This document shows positions 44,432-52,580 of a stretch of 64,000 nucleotides of DNA, one piece after another. The number at the start of each line of letters is the position of its first letter. The first letter of the stretch is position 1. This stretch comes from an uncultured Actinomycetota bacterium (lineage in GTDB: Bacteria > Actinomycetota > Actinomycetes > Streptomycetales > Streptomycetaceae). The stretch spans positions 768,569 to 832,568 of the forward strand of contig CAVUQN010000004.1 in NCBI GenBank assembly GCA_963743515.1, in the 5' to 3' direction. Made by a program: the position numbers and the translations under genes. The notes under the pieces were generated by a model. The model did no database searches and was not told the DNA's origin. It saw only the letters and a program-made list of their open reading frames with translations.

Positions 44432-45979
44432 TCAGGTTCTTGTCCGATTTGTCGGGCGGCGTGTCGCCGGCAGCTTGCCCGAGAGCCCGCTGCCCGTCTC
44501 GTGCTCGGACTGCTCGGCGGAGAGCGGGAGCGTGGGCAGGGTGAAGCCGATCTCGGCCCCGCCGCCGGGGCGGTTGCGGGCGAACACCCGGCCGCCGTGG
44601 CTCTCGGCGACCTCCCGGACGATGGACAGGCCGAGTCCGGAGCCGGGCAGGCTACGGGCCTTGGTGGCCCGGTAGAAGCGGTTGAAGACCCGGTCGAGGT
44701 CGCCCTCGTCGATGCCCGGCCCCCGGTCCAGCACGGCGACCCGGCCGGACTCCACCCGGACCAGGATCTGGCTGTCGCCGGTCGCGAACTTGGCGGCGTT
44801 CTCGACCAGGTTGGTCAGCGCGCGCTGCAGCGCCTGCGGGCGTCCACTGACGAAGGCGGGCCGGGCCGCCACCAGGATCTCCCGGCCGCTGCGGCGGCGG
44901 GCCAGGTCGGCGACCCGCTCGGCCAGGGCGGCCAGGTCGACCTCGGTCGGCTCCTCGGCCTCCCGGCGGTCGGCCGCCAGTTCGACCAGCTCGTTGACCA
45001 GTACCGTCAGCTCACGGGTCTCCGTCTGCAGGTCGTCGAGCAGGGCTTCCCTGGACTCCTCGGGCAGCAGGTCGAGCTTGGGCAGCGCGGCGATGTTGGT
45101 CCGCAGCGAGGTCAGCGGGGTACGCAGCTCGTGCCCGGCGTCCTGGACCAGGCGCCGCTGGTCGTCCTTGGATCGGGCGAGCCGGCCCAGCATGTCGTCG
45201 AAGGCCCGGCCGAGCCGGCCGATCTCGTCCACCCCGCTGCGGGGCACGTCCACGTCCAGCTGACCGGTGGACGCCACCTGCTCAGCCGCCCCGGTGAGGC
45301 TCACCAGCCGCTGGGTGATCCGCCCGGCCAGCCACCATCCGGAGGCGCCGGCCGCCAGCACCACGCCGGTGGCCACCAGCTCGATCCGCACCAGCAGGCT
45401 CTGCAGCAGCTGGTCGGTGCTGGAGAGCAGCTGACTGAGCTGCACCGCACCGCGACCGCCGCCGAGGGAGACGGTCACCACCCGGTAGTGGTCCCCGCCC
45501 GCCTGCTCGGTGACGTCGTGGATGACCCCCGCCTCGTGCTCGTGGGTGAGCACCTTGTCCTCGGCGCTGACATGCAACTGGTCGGGGCTGCCCGCCTGGA
45601 GCACCGCTCCGCCCGGGGCGAGGATCTGGATGCCGATGTCCCCGGACTGGGTGAACTCGTCCTCCATCTGGTTCTCGGTGTTCTGCTTCGACGGCAGGAA
45701 GTTCTTGGGACCCAGCGGGGACTGCTTGACCGTGGACCGCAGCGTGTTCAGCGACGTGGAGAAGTCGGCCGCCCGGTCGCGGCGGATCAGACTGGCGGCG
45801 GCGTCGTAGCCCAGGCCGCCGACCAGGATCGCGACCAGCGCGGCCACGCCGGCGAAGGCCACCGAGAAGCGCACCCGGAGCCCTCCCGTCGGACGCCTGC
45901 GGAGCAGCCGGGGCAGCCTCAGCCGCAAACCCAGCGGGAGTCGGTCGGACAGGCGGGAGAGCAGACGGGGCCGATTCAC
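44432..45979 (-). CDS. HAMP sensor histidine kinase (MprB-like)
   Basis: DEIGRL HAMP, HELRTPL, NLVENA, DRGPG, GSGLGL; start uncertain. Confidence 0.92.
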   Translation of the reverse strand: MNRPRLLSRLSDRLPLGLRLRLPRLLRRRPTGGLRVRFSVAFAGVAALVAILVGGLGYDAAASLIRRDRAADFSTSLNTLRSTVKQSPLGPKNFLPSKQNTENQMEDEFTQSGDIGIQILAPGGAVLQAGSPDQLHVSAEDKVLTHEHEAGVIHDVTEQAGGDHYRVVTVSLGGGRGAVQLSQLLSSTDQLLQSLLVRIELVATGVVLAAGASGWWLAGRITQRLVSLTGAAEQVASTGQLDVDVPRSGVDEIGRLGRAFDDMLGRLARSKDDQRRLVQDAGHELRTPLTSLRTNIAALPKLDLLPEESREALLDDLQTETRELTVLVNELVELAADRREAEEPTEVDLAALAERVADLARRRSGREILVAARPAFVSGRPQALQRALTNLVENAAKFATGDSQILVRVESGRVAVLDRGPGIDEGDLDRVFNRFYRATKARSLPGSGLGLSIVREVAESHGGRVFARNRPGGGAEIGFTLPTLPLSAEQSEHETGSGLSGKLPATRRPTNRTRT

Positions 45980-46094
45980 CGGCCACCGCGCACGGCACAG
46001 CTCACGGTCACCACTCAGGCCCACCACTCACGGTCACGAGACCTGGACCAGTGCACGGGCCACAGCCTCTGCTGTCATCGGCCCCCCGCGGCTG

Positions 46095-46814
46095 CTACGG
46101 CTCACGCAGGGAGTAGCCGACGCCTCGGACCGTGTGAATCAGGGCCGGCGCGTCGGGAAGTTCCAGCTTACGACGCAGGTAGCCGATGTAGACAGCGAGG
46201 TTTTTCGACCCCGGGCCGAAGTCGTAGCCCCAGATGCGGTCGTACACGGTGCTGTGGTCCAGCACGATGCCGGCGTTCCGGGCGAGCAACTCCAGCAGGT
46301 CGTACTCGGTCCGGGACAGTGCGATCTCGGTGTTCTGCCGCCACACCCGGCGCGCGGTCGGGTCGATCCGCAGGTCACCCACCTCGATGACGCCGTCGGC
46401 GGGGTCGCCGGACTGGGTCGACGGCGGGTCGGCCGGCACCGGCACCGGCGTCGCCCGCCGGAGCAGCGCGCGCAGCCGCGCCAGCAGCTCGTCCGTCTCG
46501 AAGGGCTTCACCATGTAGTCGTCGGCACCCGCGTCCAACCCGGCAACCCGGTCGGAGGTCTCGACGCGCGCGGTGAGCATCAGGATGGGGGTGCGGTCGT
46601 TCTCGGCGCGCAGCACGCTGCACACCGCGAGGCCGTCGATCCCCGGCATCATCACGTCCAGCACGATGGCGTCAGGGCGCTCCCGGTGGATCACCGCCAG
46701 CGCCTGGATGCCGTCGGCGACGGCTGTCACCTGGTAGCCCTCCAGCGTGAGCAGGCGTACCAGGGAATCACGAATGGCCCGGTCGTCCTCGGCCAGCAGT
46801 ACTGTCGACGTCAC
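46095..46814 (-). CDS. OmpR-family response regulator (MprA-like)
   Basis: EDD, LDVMMP, LTAR, GADDY, LRRKL, VRGVGY. Confidence 0.94.
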   Translation of the reverse strand: MTSTVLLAEDDRAIRDSLVRLLTLEGYQVTAVADGIQALAVIHRERPDAIVLDVMMPGIDGLAVCSVLRAENDRTPILMLTARVETSDRVAGLDAGADDYMVKPFETDELLARLRALLRRATPVPVPADPPSTQSGDPADGVIEVGDLRIDPTARRVWRQNTEIALSRTEYDLLELLARNAGIVLDHSTVYDRIWGYDFGPGSKNLAVYIGYLRRKLELPDAPALIHTVRGVGYSLREP

Positions 46815-46921
46815 GTTGCTGATTCTCTCCGGAGTGAATGAGAGCGCGGTAAGAGCGTTCCCTCATTGTTGCCGATCCGAACAAATGTTGTACTCGAACC
46901 CGCGTCCGGCCGGCAGGGGTC

Positions 46922-47182
46922 TCAGCCCGTATGGACGGTGAGGACGGCACCGTCGATCTCGATCCGGCGGGTGCCGTCGAGGTCGCCCCGGCGGAGCGCG
47001 GCCAGGCAGCGGCGGAAGAGCAGCATCTCCGCGCCGTCCAGCACCGCCGCGGCCAGGTGGAGGACCTCGGCGAGGTTGGCGTCGGTCAGCTCCGCGGGGA
47101 GTTCCCCGGAGAGCAGGACGACGGACTCGCCGCTGCTGCCCCGGACGACCGCAGTGGTGGGGCTTCCCTGTACGACCAGCAC
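46922..47182 (-). CDS. Small hypothetical protein (86 aa)
   Basis: GC3-biased frame; purine-rich GGACCAGGGGG upstream of GTG; co-oriented downstream of the XRE gene. Confidence 0.55.
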   Translation of the reverse strand: MLVVQGSPTTAVVRGSSGESVVLLSGELPAELTDANLAEVLHLAAAVLDGAEMLLFRRCLAALRRGDLDGTRRIEIDGAVLTVHTG

Positions 47183-47348
47183 GTGACCCCCTGGTCCTCC
47201 GGGGCGTCGTGCGGCTCACTCGCCCCCATGCACTTGAGGAGGACGACGCTAGCCGTCCGGTTCCGAGGCAGTCGGGGCGTACGAGGAAATTCGCTCGTTC
47301 CGGTCGTTCCAGGACGGAACGGGAACCGGAAGCGGTAGCGCGGGCCTC

Positions 47349-47756
47349 TTATTCGGACGCTTTCGGACGACCGTCCGAACCCCCGCGGTCCAGCAGGGAC
47401 TCGACCAACGCGGCAACATGGCGGCGGTCGTCGATCGAGAGCTTCTGCAGGCTCGCGATGAGCACGTCCACCTCGGGGTCGGCGGCCGGCCCGCCCTCGG
47501 CGACGGCCGGCCCCGCGGCGTACAGGTGGATGCCGCAGGCCTCGGCGGCGGCCCGGCGGATGGCGTCCAACGGGAGTTCCAGTCCTCGGGCCAGACCCTC
47601 CAGCGTGCCCGGCTGGGGCATTCTGACCAGCCGTTCGCTGGTGGCGAGGTGGTGCACGGTGGACCGCGGGATGCCGCCGCGGCGGGCGACGTCACCATAG
47701 GACCAGCTCTGCCGATCCAACCGCTCTCTCATCAGTTGCTGCAGCGCGTTGGACAC
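47349..47756 (-). CDS. XRE/Cro-like HTH transcriptional regulator
   Basis: WSYGDVARRGGIPRSTVHHLA...TLEGLARGL; GGAGG RBS upstream of GTG 47756. Confidence 0.85.
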   Translation of the reverse strand: MSNALQQLMRERLDRQSWSYGDVARRGGIPRSTVHHLATSERLVRMPQPGTLEGLARGLELPLDAIRRAAAEACGIHLYAAGPAVAEGGPAADPEVDVLIASLQKLSIDDRRHVAALVESLLDRGGSDGRPKASE

Positions 47757-47904
47757 CTGGCTGACGCCTCCTGTCACCGCCCTGGCGGCGGGCTCCGAAG
47801 TGTCGATTCTACGGCGATCACCGCTTTCGGCACCGCCGCGTGCGGCCCCACCTGGCAATTCCTCTCCGTTGCCATCCCGTGACAGAAAGTCGTCGGCAAA
47901 CCGC

Positions 47905-47972
47905 TTGCAGGCGGTCGAGGGGGGCGACTACTGTCCAATCTCGTTGGACAGAACGTCCGACCGGATTGGACG
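47905..47972 (+). promoter_or_regulatory. Sigma70-type promoter with tandem palindromic operator
   Basis: TTGCAG-18bp-TACTGT; CTGTCCAA-N5-TTGGACAG (47931-47951) and CGTCCGA-N5-TTGGACG (47954-47972). Confidence 0.65.
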
Positions 47973-48032
47973 CCGGGGGGGATCCCTTCACCGTCCGAGC
48001 CGTCACGAGCCATCCCCGAGGGGGAACCGATC

Positions 48033-48248
48033 ATGCTGCAGATGCACGAGCTCGACGCCGAGTCCGCCGAGCTGCTCCCCGGCCGCGAGGCGCTGAGCAA
48101 GCTGAAGTTCAGCTTCACCAAGACGGTCAACGTCACCAAGCACGTCGCCAACGTCTCGGCGCACAACACCTCGAACGCCACCAACCTGGCCTCCGTCGGG
48201 GCCACCGCCCAGTCCGAGGCGGACCAGGCCATCAGCATCCATCAGTAG
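48033..48248 (+). CDS. Leader-core precursor-like peptide A1 (71 aa)
   Basis: GAGGGGG RBS, strong GC3 codon bias, acidic ELDAESAELLPGREAL leader, duplicated downstream. Confidence 0.85.
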   Translation: MLQMHELDAESAELLPGREALSKLKFSFTKTVNVTKHVANVSAHNTSNATNLASVGATAQSEADQAISIHQ

Positions 48249-48564
48249 TCGGCCGCCAGGGCCGCTGCACTGGATCACCGCTGTACCGCAGCGCTACTCA
48301 CACCGCATCAGTTCCACACACCACCTGTTCCACACACCACCGAAAGGCACTGCCATGAGCATGGACCTGCACGAGCTCGACGCCGAGTCCGCCGAGCTGC
48401 TCCCCGGCCGCGAGGCGCTGAGCAAGCTGAAGTTCAGCTTCACCAAGACGGTCAACGTCACCAAGCACGTCGCCAACGTCTCGGCGCACAACACCTCGAA
48501 CGCCACCAACCTGGCCTCCGTCGGCGCCACCGCCCAGTCCGAGGCGGACCAGGCCATCAGCATC
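48043..48564 (+). repeat. 197-bp direct repeat (48043-48239 / 48368-48564)
   Basis: Identical by eye except one synonymous GGG/GGC change. Confidence 0.9.
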
Positions 48565-48573
48565 ACCCAGTAG
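48355..48573 (+). CDS. Leader-core precursor-like peptide A2 (72 aa)
   Basis: GAAAGG RBS; same as A1 except the N-terminal residues and penultimate H/T. Confidence 0.85.
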   Translation: MSMDLHELDAESAELLPGREALSKLKFSFTKTVNVTKHVANVSAHNTSNATNLASVGATAQSEADQAISITQ

Positions 48574-48600
48574 CACCGCGCACACCCTCGCAGCAGAGGA

Positions 48601-48631
48601 GCGGGCCGCGCCTGGGGAGGGGGCGGCCCGC
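48601..48631 (+). terminator. Intercistronic hairpin after the peptide genes
   Basis: GCGGGCCGC/GCGGCCCGC stem, no U tract. Confidence 0.5.
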
Positions 48632-48697
48632 TTCCGGGAGGGAAACCGGCGGGCGGGGAGCAGGGGGGCCGTGTCAACGGGGGGAAGGGCAGCACAG

Positions 48698-50674
48698 ATG
48701 ACCGTGAGCGTGGACCCGGGGGCACTCGTTCCCGGGCCTGGGGGCTTCGCCACCTCCTACCAGCAGTACGCCCAGTTCACCGAGTACGACCCGGACGAAA
48801 CCCAGGGCCTGATCGGCCCTCAAGGAACGGGCCCCGCACCGGACCCGCCGCACCTCCGGCACCCGCAGCACGCGCCCACGCCCGACCAGGCGCCGGCCCC
48901 GGTCTTCCCGGTGCCCCGGTTGAGCGCCGGGCTGCAGCTGCACGGCGAGTACCAGGGCTCAGGGTTCACCGAGCCCAAGTACATCGCCCGGCGGGGGGAC
49001 GGCCAGGTGGTGCAGCTCTCCCGGCTGCTCCACCTGGTCGCGGGCGCCGTCGACGGCAGGAGCGACACCGAGGCGATCTCCCACCGCGTCAGCGGACTGT
49101 TCGGCCGCGAGGTCAGTGAGGAGAACATCGCCTACCTGATCGAGCAGAAGCTCACCCCGCTCGGCGTCACCGTTCCCTACGACCAGGTCGGCGACGAGGC
49201 CGTCGAGGCCCCCCGCTCCGACCTGCTGCTGGCGCTCAAGGGCCACAAGGTGATGTTCGACCAGAAGCAGGTCAACAGCATCGGCCGCGCGCTCGCCTGG
49301 CTGCACCGCCCGCTGATGGTCTTCCTGGTGCTGGGCGCCATGGTGGCCATGGACGTCTGGCTGTTCGGCTTCTACGGGGCGATGACCCCGGTGCTGGAGG
49401 TCCTCAACCAGCCGGTACTGCTGCTGGCCGTCTTCGCATTGACCGTCGCCTCGGTGGTCTTCCACGAGTTCGGACACGCCTCGGCCTGCCGCTACGGCGG
49501 GGCGAAACCGGGCTGCATCGGCTGCGGGCTCTTCCTGATCTGGCCGTCGATGTACACCGACGTCACCGATGTCTACCGGATCGGACGCGCCGGGCGGATC
49601 CGGACCGACCTGGGCGGGGTCTACTTCAATGTCGTCTTCATGCTCGGCATGGGCGCCTGCTACTTCCTGACCGGTCAGCAGTTCTTCCTCAGCGCCGTCT
49701 ACCTGGGCCACTTCGAGGTCCTGGAGCAGCTGATGCCCGCCGTCCGGCTGGACGGCTACTACATCCTCGGCGACCTCGCCGGGGTGCCCGACCTCTTCGG
49801 CAGGATCAAGCCGATCGTCCTCAGTGCGATTCCCGGTCGCCCGGTCCGGCCCGAGGTGGCCGACCTCAAGCGCTCGGCCCGGATCATCGTCACCGTCTGG
49901 GTGCTGACGATGGTTCCGCTGCTGCTCGGCGATCTCGGCTACGCCCTGTGGAACCTGCCGCGGATCCTGGCCACCGGCGTGCGCTCGCTGAGCGACCAGC
50001 TCTCCGGCACGGCCTCGGCCTTCGGCGGCGGCCACCTGGCCACCGGACTGGTGGGCGTGCTCGGCAGCTTCATGCTGATCTGCCCGCTCGCCGGGATGGC
50101 CTACCTGTCCGTCCGGCTCTGCGGACGGCTGCTGCGCACCGCCCTGCGCAGTACCAGTGGCAGTCCGCGGCTGCGGGTCGCCCTCTGTGTGCTGGCCATC
50201 GGCGCGGTCACCGCCCTGGGCAGCGCCTGGGTCGGTGGCATCACCCCCAAGCCGCTGCCGACCCAGCCGCCGATCGTCCCGGTACTGCAGCCCGGTGTGC
50301 CGACCACCGAACCGTCGACCGCCCCGGTCTCGCACCCGGCCAGGCCGAGGCCCTCGGCCGGCCAACCGGTGGGAACCCCGCAGCAGCAGCCGTCACCGGC
50401 CGTCCCGACCGCCGCGGCCCGGCCGGTCCCCGGGGTCACGCCGTCCGCCCGGGCCAACAGCTCGCCCACCGCGCCGACGCAGTCCCAGCCGCCGACCGCC
50501 ACGTCCACCGCCACCGCCACCGCCACACCCACCACCGGCTCGACCACTGCCAAGCCCTCCAGCTCCGCCGACGGGGCTCCATCGGGCTCCACTCCGTCTC
50601 CCCCGGTGTCGTCCGCACCGTCGGGTCAGGGCTCACCCGTCACCACGCCCGTCACCGCTGCCCCGGCCAAGTAG
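48698..50674 (+). CDS. M50-family intramembrane zinc metalloprotease with PqqD/RRE-like N-domain and Pro/Ser/Thr-rich C-tail
   Basis: YIARRGDGQVVQLSRLLHLVAGAVDG RRE-like segment; HEFGH within TM; YTDVTD; PAVRLDGY third-ligand motif. Confidence 0.82.
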   Translation: MTVSVDPGALVPGPGGFATSYQQYAQFTEYDPDETQGLIGPQGTGPAPDPPHLRHPQHAPTPDQAPAPVFPVPRLSAGLQLHGEYQGSGFTEPKYIARRGDGQVVQLSRLLHLVAGAVDGRSDTEAISHRVSGLFGREVSEENIAYLIEQKLTPLGVTVPYDQVGDEAVEAPRSDLLLALKGHKVMFDQKQVNSIGRALAWLHRPLMVFLVLGAMVAMDVWLFGFYGAMTPVLEVLNQPVLLLAVFALTVASVVFHEFGHASACRYGGAKPGCIGCGLFLIWPSMYTDVTDVYRIGRAGRIRTDLGGVYFNVVFMLGMGACYFLTGQQFFLSAVYLGHFEVLEQLMPAVRLDGYYILGDLAGVPDLFGRIKPIVLSAIPGRPVRPEVADLKRSARIIVTVWVLTMVPLLLGDLGYALWNLPRILATGVRSLSDQLSGTASAFGGGHLATGLVGVLGSFMLICPLAGMAYLSVRLCGRLLRTALRSTSGSPRLRVALCVLAIGAVTALGSAWVGGITPKPLPTQPPIVPVLQPGVPTTEPSTAPVSHPARPRPSAGQPVGTPQQQPSPAVPTAAARPVPGVTPSARANSSPTAPTQSQPPTATSTATATATPTTGSTTAKPSSSADGAPSGSTPSPPVSSAPSGQGSPVTTPVTAAPAK

Positions 50675-50723
50675 CCGTCGGCGGGCGGCCGTTCCATCCG
50701 GCGCCGCCTGCGGCAGCACCGTC

Positions 50724-50772
50724 CGTCACCTGTCACCTGTCACCTGTCATCCGTCATCCGTCATCCGTCACA
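50724..50772. repeat. Heptamer tandem repeat (YGTCAYC) x7
   Basis: CGTCACC TGTCACC TGTCACC TGTCATC CGTCATC CGTCATC CGTCACA. Confidence 0.85.
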
Positions 50773-50789
50773 CCCAGGGGAGCAGCACC

Positions 50790-51491
50790 ATGAACCTCGT
50801 CAACCAGCACCGCAGAGCGAAGGGGCACAGCAGCCCCGGCCGCCGGGCCGTTCGCCTGGGCATCCTGGCCACCGCCGGCCTCACCGTGGTCGCCACCGCG
50901 GCCACCGCCGAAGCGGTCACCACCAGCAACGTCAGCCACGGCGTCGCCGTCGCCGACAACAGCATCAGCACCCTCGCCAACCCGGGGAACCCGACCCGGT
51001 TCCTGGACGCGTTCACCGTGCACCAGGACGGCGCCCTGTTCGCCGCGGCGGCCAGCAACTCGGCCCAGGCGAACTCCTACGACTGCAGCGTGGCCTCGCC
51101 CTGCCGCTCGATCGCGCTGTCGTTCCAGATCATCACCATGGCCGGCACCAACATCCACCTCAATGCGCAGAACGTCAGCCACGCGGCCAACCACGACTGC
51201 GCCGGCTGCCAGACCCTGGCAGGGGCCTGGCAGTTCATCGTCTCCACGCCGGAGCCGTTCGCCCTGAGCGCCTCGGCGCAGAGCCGGCTGGCCGCCATCC
51301 ACCGCTCGCTGGACGCACTGGGCAGGTCCACCGCACCGGTGTCCACCATCCAGCAGCAGGCGGACGCGCTCGCCGCGCAGGTCGAATCGATCCTGCAGGC
51401 AGCCGCCGCGACCGCCCCCAGGGGCCCCGGAGTGAACGCCCTGGCCGCCCAGGCCCCGACCGTCACCCTGCACCGAATGCTGGCGAGCTGA
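50790..51491 (+). CDS. Secreted protein (233 aa) with two Cys-paired beta repeats
   Basis: AGGGGAG RBS; signal peptide ending ATAEA; repeats NSAQANSYDC...CRSIALSFQII and NVSHAANHDCAGCQTLAGAWQFI; helical C-terminus. Confidence 0.82.
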   Translation: MNLVNQHRRAKGHSSPGRRAVRLGILATAGLTVVATAATAEAVTTSNVSHGVAVADNSISTLANPGNPTRFLDAFTVHQDGALFAAAASNSAQANSYDCSVASPCRSIALSFQIITMAGTNIHLNAQNVSHAANHDCAGCQTLAGAWQFIVSTPEPFALSASAQSRLAAIHRSLDALGRSTAPVSTIQQQADALAAQVESILQAAAATAPRGPGVNALAAQAPTVTLHRMLAS

Positions 51492-51515
51492 CCCCCTTCT
51501 GCCTGTCTCGCTCCT

Positions 51516-51558
51516 TCGTCGGCGGGCCGGACGTCTCCCCCGTCCGGCCCGCCGACGA
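51516..51558 (+). terminator. Hairpin closing the peptide/protease operon
   Basis: 18-bp perfect stem TCGTCGGCGGGCCGGACG with a 7-nt loop. Confidence 0.75.
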
Positions 51559-51628
51559 GCGACAGGCGCGACCCGGCGCACGAAAAGCCGATTGCCCGGG
51601 CGCGCCGGGCGCGATTTGATTCGAACCT

Positions 51629-52420
51629 ATGGACACCACAGCAGTACGCACCCTCTTCGACCAGCAGATCCGGCAGAACGCGCGACCGGACGGCCCCGGG
51701 ACCCGCATCGAGCGCAGCGGCGGGGTCGTGCGCCAGGTGGGTCCGGTCCACGCCTGGAACGGCATCGTCTGGTGGGACCAGGAGCTCGCGGGCGCTGCCG
51801 CCGACGGGGCGATCGCGGCCCAGGCGCAGTACTTCGCCTCGCTCGGGCTCGACTGCGAGTGGAAGCTCTACTCCCACGACCGCCCGGCGGACCTCCCGGC
51901 CCGGCTGCTCGCGGCCGGGTTCGCGGCCGACGATCCGGAGACGCTGATGGTCGCCCCGGCCCAGGGGCTGGAGCAGGCCGGCCGCCTCCCCGAGGGGGTC
52001 ACCCTGCGCCCGGTGGCGGATGCCGCCGACCGGGAGGGGGCGGAGCTGATGGCCGAGGTCCACCGACAGGCCTTCGACAGCGACGGCTCCAGGATCAGCG
52101 AGCGGATGCTCTCCCAGCTCGCGGCGGACCCGGACAGCGTGGTCGCGGTCATCGCCATGGCCGGCGACCGGCCGGTCAGCTCCGCGCGGTTGGAGTTCGT
52201 CCCGGGCACCGACTTCGCGGGCCTCTGGGGCGGAGGAACCGTGCCGGAGTGGCGCGGGCGCGGCATCTACCGGGCGCTGATCGCCCACCGTGCCCGGATC
52301 GCCACCGCCCGGGGCTACCAGTACCTCCAGGTGGACGCCTCCGACCAGAGCCGCCCGATCCTGCAGCGGCTGGGCTTCGCCGCCCTCGGCACCACCACCC
52401 CCTACCTCCGTCCCGCCTGA
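51629..52420 (+). CDS. GNAT family N-acetyltransferase
   Basis: LWGGGTVPEWRGRGIY acetyl-CoA motif; LQRLGF. Confidence 0.88.
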   Translation: MDTTAVRTLFDQQIRQNARPDGPGTRIERSGGVVRQVGPVHAWNGIVWWDQELAGAAADGAIAAQAQYFASLGLDCEWKLYSHDRPADLPARLLAAGFAADDPETLMVAPAQGLEQAGRLPEGVTLRPVADAADREGAELMAEVHRQAFDSDGSRISERMLSQLAADPDSVVAVIAMAGDRPVSSARLEFVPGTDFAGLWGGGTVPEWRGRGIYRALIAHRARIATARGYQYLQVDASDQSRPILQRLGFAALGTTTPYLRPA

Positions 52421-52580
52421 CGCGCGTCGGGGCGCGGGATGCGGGACGCGGGGCGGGGCGCGGCCGTGGCGGAGTGGACCGAACGGTCCGAGAATGGAGC
52501 CACACCTGGTGCCCAGCAGGCCGTCGAGGAGCGCTCGGCCCCAGTCGCCCCTCGCCACCGGATCAACCAGGGAGGTCGCC

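Noticed and set aside
46875-46905. Possible SOS (LexA) box CCGAACAAATGTTGTA
   Set aside because: Three mismatches to TCGAAC-N4-GTTCGA and no DNA-repair gene nearby
48043-48564. Repeat as a CRISPR array or att site
   Set aside because: Only two long coding copies, no spacers, no cas or integrase genes
48033-48573. Peptides as lanthipeptide, lasso, thiopeptide or daptide precursors
   Set aside because: No Cys, C-terminus is Gln not Thr, and none of the class-defining modification enzymes is in the locus
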